DNA of 64,000 nucleotides, taken from assembly GCA_938003835.1 (NCBI GenBank), contig CALKXJ010000001.1, positions 159,513 to 223,512 on the forward strand, in the 5' to 3' direction. This DNA comes from an uncultured Bryobacteraceae bacterium. GTDB taxonomy: Bacteria > Acidobacteriota > Terriglobia > Bryobacterales > Bryobacteraceae. The notes below the pieces were generated by a model, which ran no database searches, was not told where the DNA came from, and saw only the letters and a program-made list of their open reading frames with translations. This document shows, piece after piece, positions 19,242-28,346 of this stretch (position 1 is the first letter of the stretch; the number at the start of each line of letters is the position of its first letter). A program made the translations under genes and the position numbers.

Positions 19242-20663
19242 CTAGCGCCGTAGCCGGTCGAGCAGGCGCCCGGCGCGGTCCCGCAGCTCGATTTCGAGCG
19301 GCATCAGGCCGAGCGCATGCGTCGAACAGGACAGGCATGGGTCGTAGCAGCGGATGGCCGCCTCCACCCGGTTCAACATTCCCTCGGTAAGACGGCCCGG
19401 GGTGACGAAACGCTGCGCCGCCTGCTCGACGGCCCTGTTCATCGCCAGGTTGTTCTGCGAGGTGGCGATCAGCAGGTTGGCGCGCTTCATCAGGCCGCCT
19501 TCATCCACCTGGTAATGGTGGAAGAGCGTGCCGCGGGGCGCTTCACAACTTCCCACCGCTTCGAAGCGGTTCTGCCCGGCATTCACCCGGACGTGGTCGC
19601 CCAGAATCTCGGGATCGAGCAGCAGCTCCTCGATGCGCTCCACCGCATGGAGCATCTCGATGAGGCGCGCCAGGTGATAGTAGAACGATTCGTTGCGCGC
19701 CGCCCCATTACGCTGGCGGAATTCGCGCAACTCGCGATCGGCGAGCGGGGTCCCCATGGCGCGAACCACGTTGAGCCGCGCGAGCGGCCCGACCCGGTAC
19801 ATGCCGCCGGGATAGCCGAGCGGTTTGTAATAGGGGAACTTCATGAAGGACCACTCTTCGCTTGCCTCGCCGAGGTAGGTGTGGTAGCGCCGCGGATCGA
19901 GGCCGTCGGCAACGATGTTGCCCTCGCTGTCGACGATGCGGATGCGGCCGTCGTAGTATTCGGCTTCGCCCTCCTCGTTGACCGTGCCCAAGAACAGCGA
20001 CGGGAAGTTGCCAAGGCTCTGGATCTCCTGCTGGAAGCCATCGAGCAGGCTCTTCATCCGCTCGAGCGCGATGTTAAGGCTCTGGCGCGCCTCCTCGATC
20101 CAGCCGAGCAGCTCGTCGCGCTCGGCCCGTGCCAGCACTTTCGTTACGCCGCCCGGAACGCCCCAGCTCGGATGAATCCGCTTGCCGCCCAGCACCTCGA
20201 TGATGCGCTGGCCGAACTGGCGCAACCGAATGCCGCGCCGGGCCAGTTCCGGCTCGGCGTCGATCAGGCCGAAGATGTTGCGCCGCGCCGGCTCGGCATC
20301 CATGCCGAGCAGCAGATCGGGCGCCGAAAGGTGGAAGAAGCTCAACGCGTGGGACTGGAGCACCTGGGCATAGTTCATCAGCCGGCGTTGGCGCTCCGCC
20401 GCCGGGGGAATCTCCACGCCGAGCAGCATGTCGCCCGCCTTGGAGCTCGCCAGAATGTGACTGACCGGGCAGATGCCGCAGATTCGCGACATCAGGCCGG
20501 GCATCTCGTGGAACGGCCGGCCCTCACACAGCTTCTCGAAGCCGCGGAATTCGATTACGTGGAACTGGGCAGCCTCAACGGCGCCGTCGTCGCCCAGGTA
20601 GATCGAGATGCGCGCGTGTCCCTCGATGCGCGTGACAGGCTGAATGACAATCTTCTCGGCCAT
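19242..20663 (-). CDS. hoxH: [NiFe] hydrogenase large subunit, NAD-reducing bidirectional type (group 3d)
   Basis: N-terminal [10 protein letters not shown] and C-terminal DPCLSCSTH, followed by a 24-aa extension. Confidence 0.92.
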   Translation of the reverse strand: MAEKIVIQPVTRIEGHARISIYLGDDGAVEAAQFHVIEFRGFEKLCEGRPFHEMPGLMSRICGICPVSHILASSKAGDMLLGVEIPPAAERQRRLMNYAQVLQSHALSFFHLSAPDLLLGMDAEPARRNIFGLIDAEPELARRGIRLRQFGQRIIEVLGGKRIHPSWGVPGGVTKVLARAERDELLGWIEEARQSLNIALERMKSLLDGFQQEIQSLGNFPSLFLGTVNEEGEAEYYDGRIRIVDSEGNIVADGLDPRRYHTYLGEASEEWSFMKFPYYKPLGYPGGMYRVGPLARLNVVRAMGTPLADRELREFRQRNGAARNESFYYHLARLIEMLHAVERIEELLLDPEILGDHVRVNAGQNRFEAVGSCEAPRGTLFHHYQVDEGGLMKRANLLIATSQNNLAMNRAVEQAAQRFVTPGRLTEGMLNRVEAAIRCYDPCLSCSTHALGLMPLEIELRDRAGRLLDRLRR

Positions 20664-20665
20664 GG

Positions 20666-21211
20666 CTAGCTTCCGAACTTGCGGCCGGCCAGCGCGGGCG
20701 TCCGGCCATCGAGCAGGTCCATCAACAGACGATAAATTTCCTCGGCCGAAGGCGCGCAGCCCTGAAGGAAGTAGTCCACCTTGACCACCTCGTGCACCGG
20801 GCGGACGCGATCGAGCAGGCGGGGCACGGCCGGGTTGCCCGACGGGATGCCGACGATCTGCGTGGCCGTTTCGCGGTACGCCCGGTCGAGCACGTCATCG
20901 ACGGAAAAGAAATTGCGCATCGCCGTGACGTTACCGGTGACGGCGCAGTCGCCGAAGCTTACCAGGATCTTGGTCCGCCGGCGAACGTGCCGGATCTCCT
21001 CAAGCTGCTCGGCGGTCGTCACCGCCCCCTCCACCAGCGTGATGTCCACCTCGGGGAAGTCCTTGTAGTCGGTGAAGGGCGAGGCGCAGATCTCGGCCCG
21101 GCGGTGGAGCTCGAACAGGCGCTCGTCCAGGTCGAGAAACGACATGTGGCAGCCGGAGCAGCCGCCCAGCCACACCGTCGCCAGTCGCGGTTTCTTGGTT
21201 AGCGAATCCAC
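20666..21211 (-). CDS. hoxY: [NiFe] hydrogenase small subunit
   Basis: [24 protein letters not shown] start at 21211 lies inside the hoxU end. The track's longer N-terminus is in a region occupied by hoxU. Confidence 0.85.
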   Translation of the reverse strand: MDSLTKKPRLATVWLGGCSGCHMSFLDLDERLFELHRRAEICASPFTDYKDFPEVDITLVEGAVTTAEQLEEIRHVRRRTKILVSFGDCAVTGNVTAMRNFFSVDDVLDRAYRETATQIVGIPSGNPAVPRLLDRVRPVHEVVKVDYFLQGCAPSAEEIYRLLMDLLDGRTPALAGRKFGS

Positions 21212-21915
21212 TGGTGCTTCTCCCGGGCCGTAACGATGTACTTGAGGAACCGGCGGTCCTTGCGCATCTCGCCCACGCCCCTGCCCTTGGAAAACAGCGC
21301 GCCGGTGGGGCAGACCTGCACGCACTTGCCGCAACTGGTGCAGCTTTCCGACTGCCCCCAGGGTTCGCCCATGTCGGCGATGATGACGGAGCGCGCGCCG
21401 CGGCCGCTCACATCCCAGGTGTGCGCGCCCTCCACCTCATCGCAGACGCGGATGCAGCGGGTGCAGAGCACGCAGCGGTTGTGGTCCAGGCCAAAGCGCT
21501 CGTGGCTGGTATCGACGCCGAGCTTGGGGAACTGGTAGCGCAGGCGCACATGGTCCAGTCCCGCTTCGGCGGCCAGATCCTGCAACTCGCACTGGCCGTT
21601 CATCACGCAGACCGAGCAGACGTGGTTGCGTTCGGCGAACAAGAGCTCGAGGATCAGCCTCCGGTGCGCGCGCAGCCGCTCGGTGTTCGTGTGGACCACC
21701 ATGCCCTCCTCGACCGGGGTCAGGCAGGCGGCCAGCAGCTTCTTCTGTCCTTCGATCTCGACCAGGCAGAGCCGGCAGGCGCCGACGTCGGAGACGCCGC
21801 CGACGTGGCACAGCCGCGGGATGCGGATGCCCGCCTCCCAGGCCGCGTTGAAGATCGTCTCGCCGGCCATGCCGGTCACCATCTTGCCGTCGATCGTCAG
21901 CGTCTTGACGCTCAT
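21199..21915 (-). CDS. hoxU: Diaphorase Fe-S subunit (NuoG N-terminal-like)
   Basis: A 2Fe-2S motif CRLCLVEI plus multiple 4Fe-4S motifs ([23 protein letters not shown]). Confidence 0.9.
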   Translation of the reverse strand: MSVKTLTIDGKMVTGMAGETIFNAAWEAGIRIPRLCHVGGVSDVGACRLCLVEIEGQKKLLAACLTPVEEGMVVHTNTERLRAHRRLILELLFAERNHVCSVCVMNGQCELQDLAAEAGLDHVRLRYQFPKLGVDTSHERFGLDHNRCVLCTRCIRVCDEVEGAHTWDVSGRGARSVIIADMGEPWGQSESCTSCGKCVQVCPTGALFSKGRGVGEMRKDRRFLKYIVTAREKHQWIR

Positions 21916-23522
21916 TGCCGTCCTCCCGAGGCCAGCTTGGCCTCGTACTCATGCCGGAAATAGCGAAGCGTACTCATGACCGGATTCGGCGCGGTCTGAC
22001 CCAGCCCGCACAGGCTGGTCTCCCGTAGCAATGCGCCCAGCTCCTCGAGCAGGCGGATGTCCTCGGCCGTGCCCTCGCCGCGCGTGAGCCGGCTCAGGAT
22101 GTCGTGCATCTGCACGGTGCCCGCCCGGCACGGAATGCACTTGCCGCAGGACTCGTCCATGCAAAACTCCATGAAGAAGCGCGCCACGTCGACCATGTCC
22201 GAGGATTCGTCCATGACGATGAGGCCGCCGGAGCCCATCATCGAGCCGATGTTGGTGAGCGATTCGTAGTCGACCGGCACGTCGAGGAACTGCTCGGGAA
22301 TGCAGCCGCCGCTCGGCCCTCCCGTCTGCGCCGCCTTGAACTTGCCGCCGGGCACGCCGCCGCCGATCTCGAAGACGATGGTGCGCAGCGTGGTGCCCAT
22401 CGGCACCTCGATCAATCCGGTGTGCGCGATCTTGCCGGCGAGCGCAAACACTTTGGTGCCCTTGCTCGTTTCCGTGCCGATGGAGGCGAACCAGTCGCCT
22501 CCCTCGGTGATGATGGGCGGCACGTTGGCGAAGGTCTCGACGTTGTTGATCAGCGTCGGCTTTTCCCAGAGGCCGCTCTCGGGCGGGTAGGGCGGCCGCT
22601 GGCGCGGCTGACCGCGCTTGCCTTCGATGGAGGCGATCAGCGCCGTCTCTTCGCCGCAGACGAACGCGCCGGCGCCGATGCGCAAGTCCACACGGAACTG
22701 AAACCCTGTCTCGAAGACGCGGTTGCCGAGCAGCTTTTCGCGCTCGGCCTGCTTGATCGCCGTCTGGAGGCGCTGGATCGCCAGCCCGTATTCGCCGCGC
22801 ACATAGATGTAGCCCTGCTGGGCGCCCACGGCGTAACCGGCGATCGCCATCCCCTCGAGCACCCGGTGCGGGTCGCCTTCGAGCACGCTGCGGTCCATGA
22901 AGGCGCCGGGATCGCCCTCATCGGCGTTGCAGACGACATATTTCACCGGCGAGGGCTGCCGCGCCACCAGCTCCCATTTGAGTCCCGTGGGATAGCCGGC
23001 GCCCCCACGCCCGCGCAGGCCGCTGCGTTTGATCTCCTCGATGACCTCCTGCGGGGTCATCTCCGTGACGGCCTTGGCCAGAGCCTGATAGCCGCCGGCG
23101 GCGATGTAGTCGGCGAGCCGCTCCGGGTCGACCTGGCCGGAGTTGGCCAGCACGATCTTGAGCTGTCTGGCGAAGAACGGGGCGTTCGTGTCCAGCCGCT
23201 TCGCCGCCAGGCGCTGGCGGTCGATCGGATTCGGGCGAACTAGCAGGGCGCCTTCCTCGGGGGGCAGCTCTCCGTAAAGCGCGCCGTCGGCGGCGCTGCG
23301 CACCAGAGGTCCCTTGCTGCACAATCCGAGGCAGCCCGATCCGCAGACCTCGACGCGACCTTCGAGCCCCTCGGCCTTGATGGCGGCGGCAATGGCGCTA
23401 CGGAGGCCCTCGGCGCCGCAGGAGACGCAGCCGGCCGCCGTACAGCAGTAGATGCGGTTTTCCAGGCGCCGTAGGCGTGCCTGTTCCTCGGAATGGAGTT
23501 CGAAAAGCTCTTCGACGGTCAT
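21912..23522 (-). CDS. hoxF: Diaphorase NAD(H)/FMN-binding subunit (NuoF-like)
   Basis: [26 protein letters not shown] at 23522 forms an ATGA overlap with the hoxE stop. Confidence 0.9.
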   Translation of the reverse strand: MTVEELFELHSEEQARLRRLENRIYCCTAAGCVSCGAEGLRSAIAAAIKAEGLEGRVEVCGSGCLGLCSKGPLVRSAADGALYGELPPEEGALLVRPNPIDRQRLAAKRLDTNAPFFARQLKIVLANSGQVDPERLADYIAAGGYQALAKAVTEMTPQEVIEEIKRSGLRGRGGAGYPTGLKWELVARQPSPVKYVVCNADEGDPGAFMDRSVLEGDPHRVLEGMAIAGYAVGAQQGYIYVRGEYGLAIQRLQTAIKQAEREKLLGNRVFETGFQFRVDLRIGAGAFVCGEETALIASIEGKRGQPRQRPPYPPESGLWEKPTLINNVETFANVPPIITEGGDWFASIGTETSKGTKVFALAGKIAHTGLIEVPMGTTLRTIVFEIGGGVPGGKFKAAQTGGPSGGCIPEQFLDVPVDYESLTNIGSMMGSGGLIVMDESSDMVDVARFFMEFCMDESCGKCIPCRAGTVQMHDILSRLTRGEGTAEDIRLLEELGALLRETSLCGLGQTAPNPVMSTLRYFRHEYEAKLASGGRQ

Positions 23523-24028
23523 CGGATCCCCAACGTGCTGAGCTCGGCTTCGAGCATCTCCGGCGTCACGCGGCCTACAATCTCGCCGTCGCGGATGATG
23601 GCCGGCGCCAGGCCGCAGGCGCCGATGCAGCGCGCCGTATTGACGCTGACCTTCCCGTCGGCCGAGGTGGAGCCGGCCTTGGCGCAACGCCGCTCCAGCG
23701 TCTCGAGCAGTCCCAGCGCCCCTTTCACATAACAGGCCGTGCCCAGGCACACAGTATAGGAATGCTCGCCCTTGGGCGCGAGCGAGAAAAAATGATAGAA
23801 GGTCGCCACGCCCAGCACCCGGCTGGGGGGCAGGCGCAGTTTCCGGGCGATCGTCTTCAGCAGCTCCGGCGTCAGATACCCGTAGAGCTCCTGCGCGGTG
23901 TGCAGGACCTCGATGAGCGCGTCGCCCGAGTAATGGTGGCGCGACATGGCGCGCTCGAGGAATTTGGCCCGGTTATCCTGCACGGCGGCTTTCCTATCCG
24001 GAGACCGGGCTTCGGTTGTCGTCGACAT
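23519..24028 (-). CDS. hoxE: Diaphorase 2Fe-2S subunit (NuoE-like)
   Basis: [35 protein letters not shown]. Confidence 0.9.
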   Translation of the reverse strand: MSTTTEARSPDRKAAVQDNRAKFLERAMSRHHYSGDALIEVLHTAQELYGYLTPELLKTIARKLRLPPSRVLGVATFYHFFSLAPKGEHSYTVCLGTACYVKGALGLLETLERRCAKAGSTSADGKVSVNTARCIGACGLAPAIIRDGEIVGRVTPEMLEAELSTLGIR

Positions 24029-25112
24029 GAGTGCGTTTCGGCTCGTAAATGCAGAAAGGTTCTTCGGCGAGATAATCGCCGGTCATGCCATAGGCGCGCG
24101 CCCGGCAGCCCATGCACACATTGCGGAACTCGCAGATGCGACACTTGCCTTCCAGGTTTGCCGGATCGCGCAGCTCGCGAAAAATCGGCGCATGCTCCCA
24201 GATATCCCGGAAGCGCTGCCGGCGCAGGCTGCCCGCCGACACCGGCAGATAACCGCAGGGGTAAACCTCGCCCTGGTGAGAAATGAAACAGACGGCGCTG
24301 CCGGCCAGGCAACCCTTGGTGACGGCGTGCATCCCCGTCGAGGGCAGTTCCGGAACCGCCTGCCCGGCCCGGCGCGCTTCGGCGCGGCGCTGGCGCAGAA
24401 TCCGGTAGTAATGAGGCGCGCAGGTGGCCTTGAGTTCCAGGCGCGTCTCGAGCGAGCGCTCATAAAACCAGGTCAAGATCTGCTCGGCCTCCTCGCCCTG
24501 AATCGCCTGCTCGTCCTTGATGGTGAGCCCGCAGCCGACCGGCACCAGCAGGAACATGTGGAAGGCGTCGACGCCGAGATCCTCGGCGAGTTTCAGAATC
24601 TCGGGCAACTGGTGAGCGTTATGGCGCGAAACGGTGGTGTTGATTTGCGTGGAGACGCCCAGATCCTGGAGGCACCTGATGCCGCGCACGGCCGCTTCGA
24701 AAGCTCCCTGATGCCCGCGGAAGGTGTCGTGGGTGGCGCGGTCGGCCCCATCCAGGCTGATCGAGACCCGTTCGATGCCCGCCTCGGCGATCCTTTGCGC
24801 CATCGCCTCGTCGATCAGCGTGCCGTTGGTGGCCAGAGCGACGCGCAGCCGCCGCAGGCGTGCTCGCCTGGCGATGTCAAAGACGTCGCGGCGCCAGAGG
24901 GGCTCGCCCCCGCTCAGCACGAGGATGAATGGGGCATATTCCGCAATCTCGTCTACCACATGGCAGCACTCGGCGTAGCTTAAGTCGGCCGGCGACATCA
25001 ACTCGGTGGCGCTGGCGCGGCAATGTATGCACCTGAGATTGCAACCGGTTGTCAATTCCCAGAAGATCAGCCGCGGCCGATACTTCCCGTTTTGGCCGTG
25101 CTCCTGCATCAC
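23994..25112 (-). CDS. Radical SAM/SPASM-domain enzyme (AhbD/NirJ-like layout)
   Basis: TTGCNLRCIHC (CxxxCxxC), LSGGEPL, FLLVPVGCG, and a C-terminal auxiliary-cluster region GKCRICEFRNVCMGCRARAY. The 3' end overlaps hoxE by 35 nt. Confidence 0.85.
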   Translation of the reverse strand: MMQEHGQNGKYRPRLIFWELTTGCNLRCIHCRASATELMSPADLSYAECCHVVDEIAEYAPFILVLSGGEPLWRRDVFDIARRARLRRLRVALATNGTLIDEAMAQRIAEAGIERVSISLDGADRATHDTFRGHQGAFEAAVRGIRCLQDLGVSTQINTTVSRHNAHQLPEILKLAEDLGVDAFHMFLLVPVGCGLTIKDEQAIQGEEAEQILTWFYERSLETRLELKATCAPHYYRILRQRRAEARRAGQAVPELPSTGMHAVTKGCLAGSAVCFISHQGEVYPCGYLPVSAGSLRRQRFRDIWEHAPIFRELRDPANLEGKCRICEFRNVCMGCRARAYGMTGDYLAEEPFCIYEPKRTHVDDNRSPVSG

Positions 25113-25168
25113 CCTCTCCTCAGCAATTCGCGGACCAAGTCTTCGCGCGGCCGTTCGCGCGGGTTGGG

Positions 25169-25858
25169 TTACGGCGGCCAGCCCTCCTCGCGCCAGGCCA
25201 TGTCCCAGAACATGTATTCATAGCGGGCGGAAAGTTCGAATAATTTCTGCGCCTTCTCGCGCGTCGCCGCGTCCGCCGTTTGGGCTTCCGCCTCCATCAT
25301 CCCGAGCACCTGGCGCACCGAGGCGCCAAACTCCTCGGCGGCGTATTGATCGATCCAGCGCTGGTAGTCGGGGTCTTTTGATCCCCGCTGTTTCAGGTTT
25401 TTGCCGACCTCCCAGTAAATCCAGTAACAGGGAAGCATCGCGGCCAGGCCTTCCAGGAAGGGCCGCTGAGTTACCGTCGCGATGAGATGATTCGTATAGG
25501 CCAGATTGGTCGGCGCCATCGTCGCCGCCGGCCGCCCCGCACCCAGCAGGCTCTCATGCAGCTTGCGTTCGACTTCGAGCGCCTCGACGGCGTGCCGGTT
25601 AAGCGTGAGCGACCATTCCTCGCGGGGCGCTTTCGCCGCCAGCAGGCTGAGCGCCCGGCTGAAACCGCCGAGATAGAGGGCGTCCTGCGCCAGATAGTAC
25701 TCGAAGCGCGAGCGAGGAAGGCTGCCATCGGCCAGGCCCCTGAGAAACGGATGGTCGAGGGTGCGCTGGTAAATCGGTTGAATGGATGACCACAGCCGGC
25801 CCGTAAAATCCCCGGCCCAGGCCGGCGCGGCGAGCAGAACGGCCCAGACGAGTCTCAT
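25169..25858 (-). CDS. tenA: TenA/thiaminase II-family protein with an N-terminal signal-like extension
   Basis: HPFLRGLADGSLPRSRFEYYLAQDALYL and EYMFWDMAW signatures, preceded by MRLVWAVLLAAPAWAG. Confidence 0.8.
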   Translation of the reverse strand: MRLVWAVLLAAPAWAGDFTGRLWSSIQPIYQRTLDHPFLRGLADGSLPRSRFEYYLAQDALYLGGFSRALSLLAAKAPREEWSLTLNRHAVEALEVERKLHESLLGAGRPAATMAPTNLAYTNHLIATVTQRPFLEGLAAMLPCYWIYWEVGKNLKQRGSKDPDYQRWIDQYAAEEFGASVRQVLGMMEAEAQTADAATREKAQKLFELSARYEYMFWDMAWREEGWPP

Positions 25859-25963
25859 TGCTTCGAGCTTAGCGAACCGCGCCGGGCGGGAGCAATTGTC
25901 GCGGGCTCTTGGCTTGTCCGCGTCGGGTCATGGTACTGTAACCGTGGAGGAGGGACTGGCGGG

Positions 25964-26860
25964 ATGGCGCGAGACGGCAAGCTCAGGCTCCGGGTCCTGG
26001 ACGCTTACGGAAATTTCATTCGTGAAAAAGCGGACGTGTTGCTCCGAAACCAGACGGTCACCGATCACGTCCGCCTCTCCGGGCTCGATCTGGGGCAGGA
26101 AGTGGTGGTGGATCACCTTTTAGGCCCGCCACAGAACCTCTATCTGCTCGAGATCAGCGCGCCCTCCTACCGGCCGGTACGCCGCTTCGTCTCCACCGCG
26201 ACGGACTCCGGCCCGACGCGGCTGATCTATCTGCCGATCGATGCGCACAAGGTGGTTCGGGTCGATTTCCCTGCCTATGAGGATCTGGCCGAGGGCGCGC
26301 GCCGGCTGCTCGAGCGCAGCGAGGCCGTGCTCGGCCAGAGCGGCCACGCCGGCAAGGATCTCTACCTGAATCTCGACCCGATCCGCCGCGCCGGCCTGTT
26401 GAACATCCTGGCCAAGTGCCGGCGGACGCTCCTGGCCAACGGCCAGCCCGTCGTCGCCTATTTGGCCGCCGAGAGCTCGGCGCTGCTCGAGATCCGCGGC
26501 GACCGCTTCTTTGCCTCCGTTCCCAAGGAGCTGCGCGAGGAGGTCAAACACAGCGTCGCTGAGGAGATCTTCGAACCGGTCTCCGGGGCCCTGCACACGC
26601 CGCCCAAGGGGTATTCGCCGGCGGGCAGCTTCAAGACGCGCGACAGCTACGGCAACCTCCAGCTCACCTTCTTCGCCCGCGGCAACCGGTGGGTGGCCGA
26701 CATCGATATCGACGACGCCCGAGGGCTCGAGCACGTCTTTCAGGTGCTTCGCAACGCGCTGACGGGGCGGCCGACGCACCCCTATGACATCCACCAGATC
26801 CTGCTCGTTCACCAGGAGCTCGACTCGGGCTACCGGCTGAAGACGGCGGCGCCGGCCTAG
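25964..26860 (+). CDS. Hypothetical protein
   Basis: 298-aa ORF with good coding character. N-terminus is beta-sandwich-like (KLRLRVLDAYGNFIREKADVLL). No recognised catalytic motif. Confidence 0.6.
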   Translation: MARDGKLRLRVLDAYGNFIREKADVLLRNQTVTDHVRLSGLDLGQEVVVDHLLGPPQNLYLLEISAPSYRPVRRFVSTATDSGPTRLIYLPIDAHKVVRVDFPAYEDLAEGARRLLERSEAVLGQSGHAGKDLYLNLDPIRRAGLLNILAKCRRTLLANGQPVVAYLAAESSALLEIRGDRFFASVPKELREEVKHSVAEEIFEPVSGALHTPPKGYSPAGSFKTRDSYGNLQLTFFARGNRWVADIDIDDARGLEHVFQVLRNALTGRPTHPYDIHQILLVHQELDSGYRLKTAAPA

Positions 26861-26872
26861 CCGGAGCTGCGC

Positions 26873-27613
26873 TCAGGCGTTTCGGGCAGCCTTCTTCGCC
26901 GCGCCCCTGGCGCGAGCCGGCGCGAACAGTTGCGCGATGCGCCGCTGGAGGTCCCGGAAGATCTCGTCGGGGTTGCGCGAAGCGTCGATGATGACGAAGC
27001 CGTGCCGCGCGGCCATCCGGTCCAGCGCGCGGATGATGCGGCTCTGATAGCGCACGAAGCTCTCGTGCATGTCCGAGCCGAAGCGCAGGTCCATGCCGCT
27101 CTCCCAGTAGTCGAAGGCGCCCCGGCCGACGACGACCCGGGTCACCAGATCCTTCACCTCAGCCCGCAGGTAGTAGACGACGTGCGGCACCAGCGCGAAA
27201 CCGGCCACCTGTTCGATCCAGGCCCGGTCGGCGCCGCGGGCGATCGCGCGCGCCATCAGCGAGAAGATGTAACGATCCGTGAGCACGACGAAGCCGGCGC
27301 GCAGCGCGGGGATGATCTCGTTCTCCAGCCGGTCGGCGAAGTCGGTGGCGTAGAACAAGGTCATCGTCAGCGGGCCGAACGTATTGCCTTCTTTGGCCTG
27401 CTGAATGCCCTTGCCGGCGAGTGCCGAGCGCGCCATGCCAGTGTGCAACACCGCATGCCCCTGATTCTCGAGCCACGCGCGCAGCCGGTTGATCTGGGTG
27501 GTCCGGCCGACGCAATCCGGCCCCTCGATGACGATCAGCTTCCCCTGCAACTCGGAGGTGTCGACCCCGGGCAACGGTTCCCCGTAGAAACTAAGCGGCG
27601 TAAGTGGAGTCAC
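26873..27613 (-). CDS. Thymidylate-kinase-like protein, paralogue B (degenerate P-loop)
   Basis: GKLIVIEGPDCVGRTTQ (Lys replaced by Arg), ATDFADR, TDRY, ESGMDL, FVIIDASR. GTG start overlaps paralogue A by 23 nt. Confidence 0.75.
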   Translation of the reverse strand: MTPLTPLSFYGEPLPGVDTSELQGKLIVIEGPDCVGRTTQINRLRAWLENQGHAVLHTGMARSALAGKGIQQAKEGNTFGPLTMTLFYATDFADRLENEIIPALRAGFVVLTDRYIFSLMARAIARGADRAWIEQVAGFALVPHVVYYLRAEVKDLVTRVVVGRGAFDYWESGMDLRFGSDMHESFVRYQSRIIRALDRMAARHGFVIIDASRNPDEIFRDLQRRIAQLFAPARARGAAKKAARNA

Positions 27614-28313
27614 TGGAACTCACCCACTGGACGCGGAGGACTTCCGAGCGCAGGCTTTCGCCAAGCTGGCGCTCGACAATCTCCCGCATCTGTTTCTGCT
27701 GTTCTTCGATGGAGCGCGTGGCGTCGATGATGAAAAAGCCCATCTCTTCGGCCATCGCCTCGTATTCCTCGAGGATCCGCCCCTGGAAGATGCGGAAACT
27801 CTCCTCGATGTGGCGGCTCAGCCCGAGGTCCATGCCCGCTTCGTAGTATTTGATGGCGGTGCGCCCGCCCAGAATCCGCCCGAGAGCCACTTCGAGCGGC
27901 ACGCGGAAATAGAAAGCCAGGTTCGGCCGGATGGCGAACCGGTAAAGGTTCCGCACCCACTTGCGGCTCACCCCGCGGCTGACGTCGCGCGCAAAGGCGG
28001 TGTAAGCGTACCGGTCGGCGCAGACCACGGCGCCGGCCTTGAGCATCGGCAGGATATAGCGCTCCGTCCGGTCGGCGAAGTCAGTGGCGTGAATCAGGCT
28101 GAACGTGGTGGGCGTGAAGAGCTGCTTCTTCTTGCCGCGCCGCGTGGTGTCCCGCACCAGGGGCGAGGAGTTCCATTCGCTGAAGGCGACGGCCACCCCT
28201 TGCGAGCGCAGCCACTGGCTGAGCAGCGACAGTTGCGTCGATTTTCCGGAGCCGTCGATGCCTTCGACAACGATCAGTTTCCCCGGGTTACGATTCGGCA
28301 CGAAGTAGGGCAT
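27591..28313 (-). CDS. Thymidylate-kinase-like protein, paralogue A (canonical P-loop)
   Basis: GKLIVVEGIDGSGKSTQ, ATDFADR, ADRYAYT, EAGMDL, FFIIDATR. Confidence 0.8.
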   Translation of the reverse strand: MPYFVPNRNPGKLIVVEGIDGSGKSTQLSLLSQWLRSQGVAVAFSEWNSSPLVRDTTRRGKKKQLFTPTTFSLIHATDFADRTERYILPMLKAGAVVCADRYAYTAFARDVSRGVSRKWVRNLYRFAIRPNLAFYFRVPLEVALGRILGGRTAIKYYEAGMDLGLSRHIEESFRIFQGRILEEYEAMAEEMGFFIIDATRSIEEQQKQMREIVERQLGESLRSEVLRVQWVSSSDSTYAA

Positions 28314-28346
28314 CCGCTTGGCAGGAAGACCCTATTATATCCCTAT

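Noticed and set aside
25859-25963. Looked for a THI-box (TPP riboswitch) upstream of tenA, and for an FMN riboswitch upstream of ribBA (33128-33184).
   Set aside because: There is no CTGAGA/ACCTGATCTGGATAATGCCAGCG-type core in the tenA leader. The ribBA leader is only 57 nt, too short for an RFN element.
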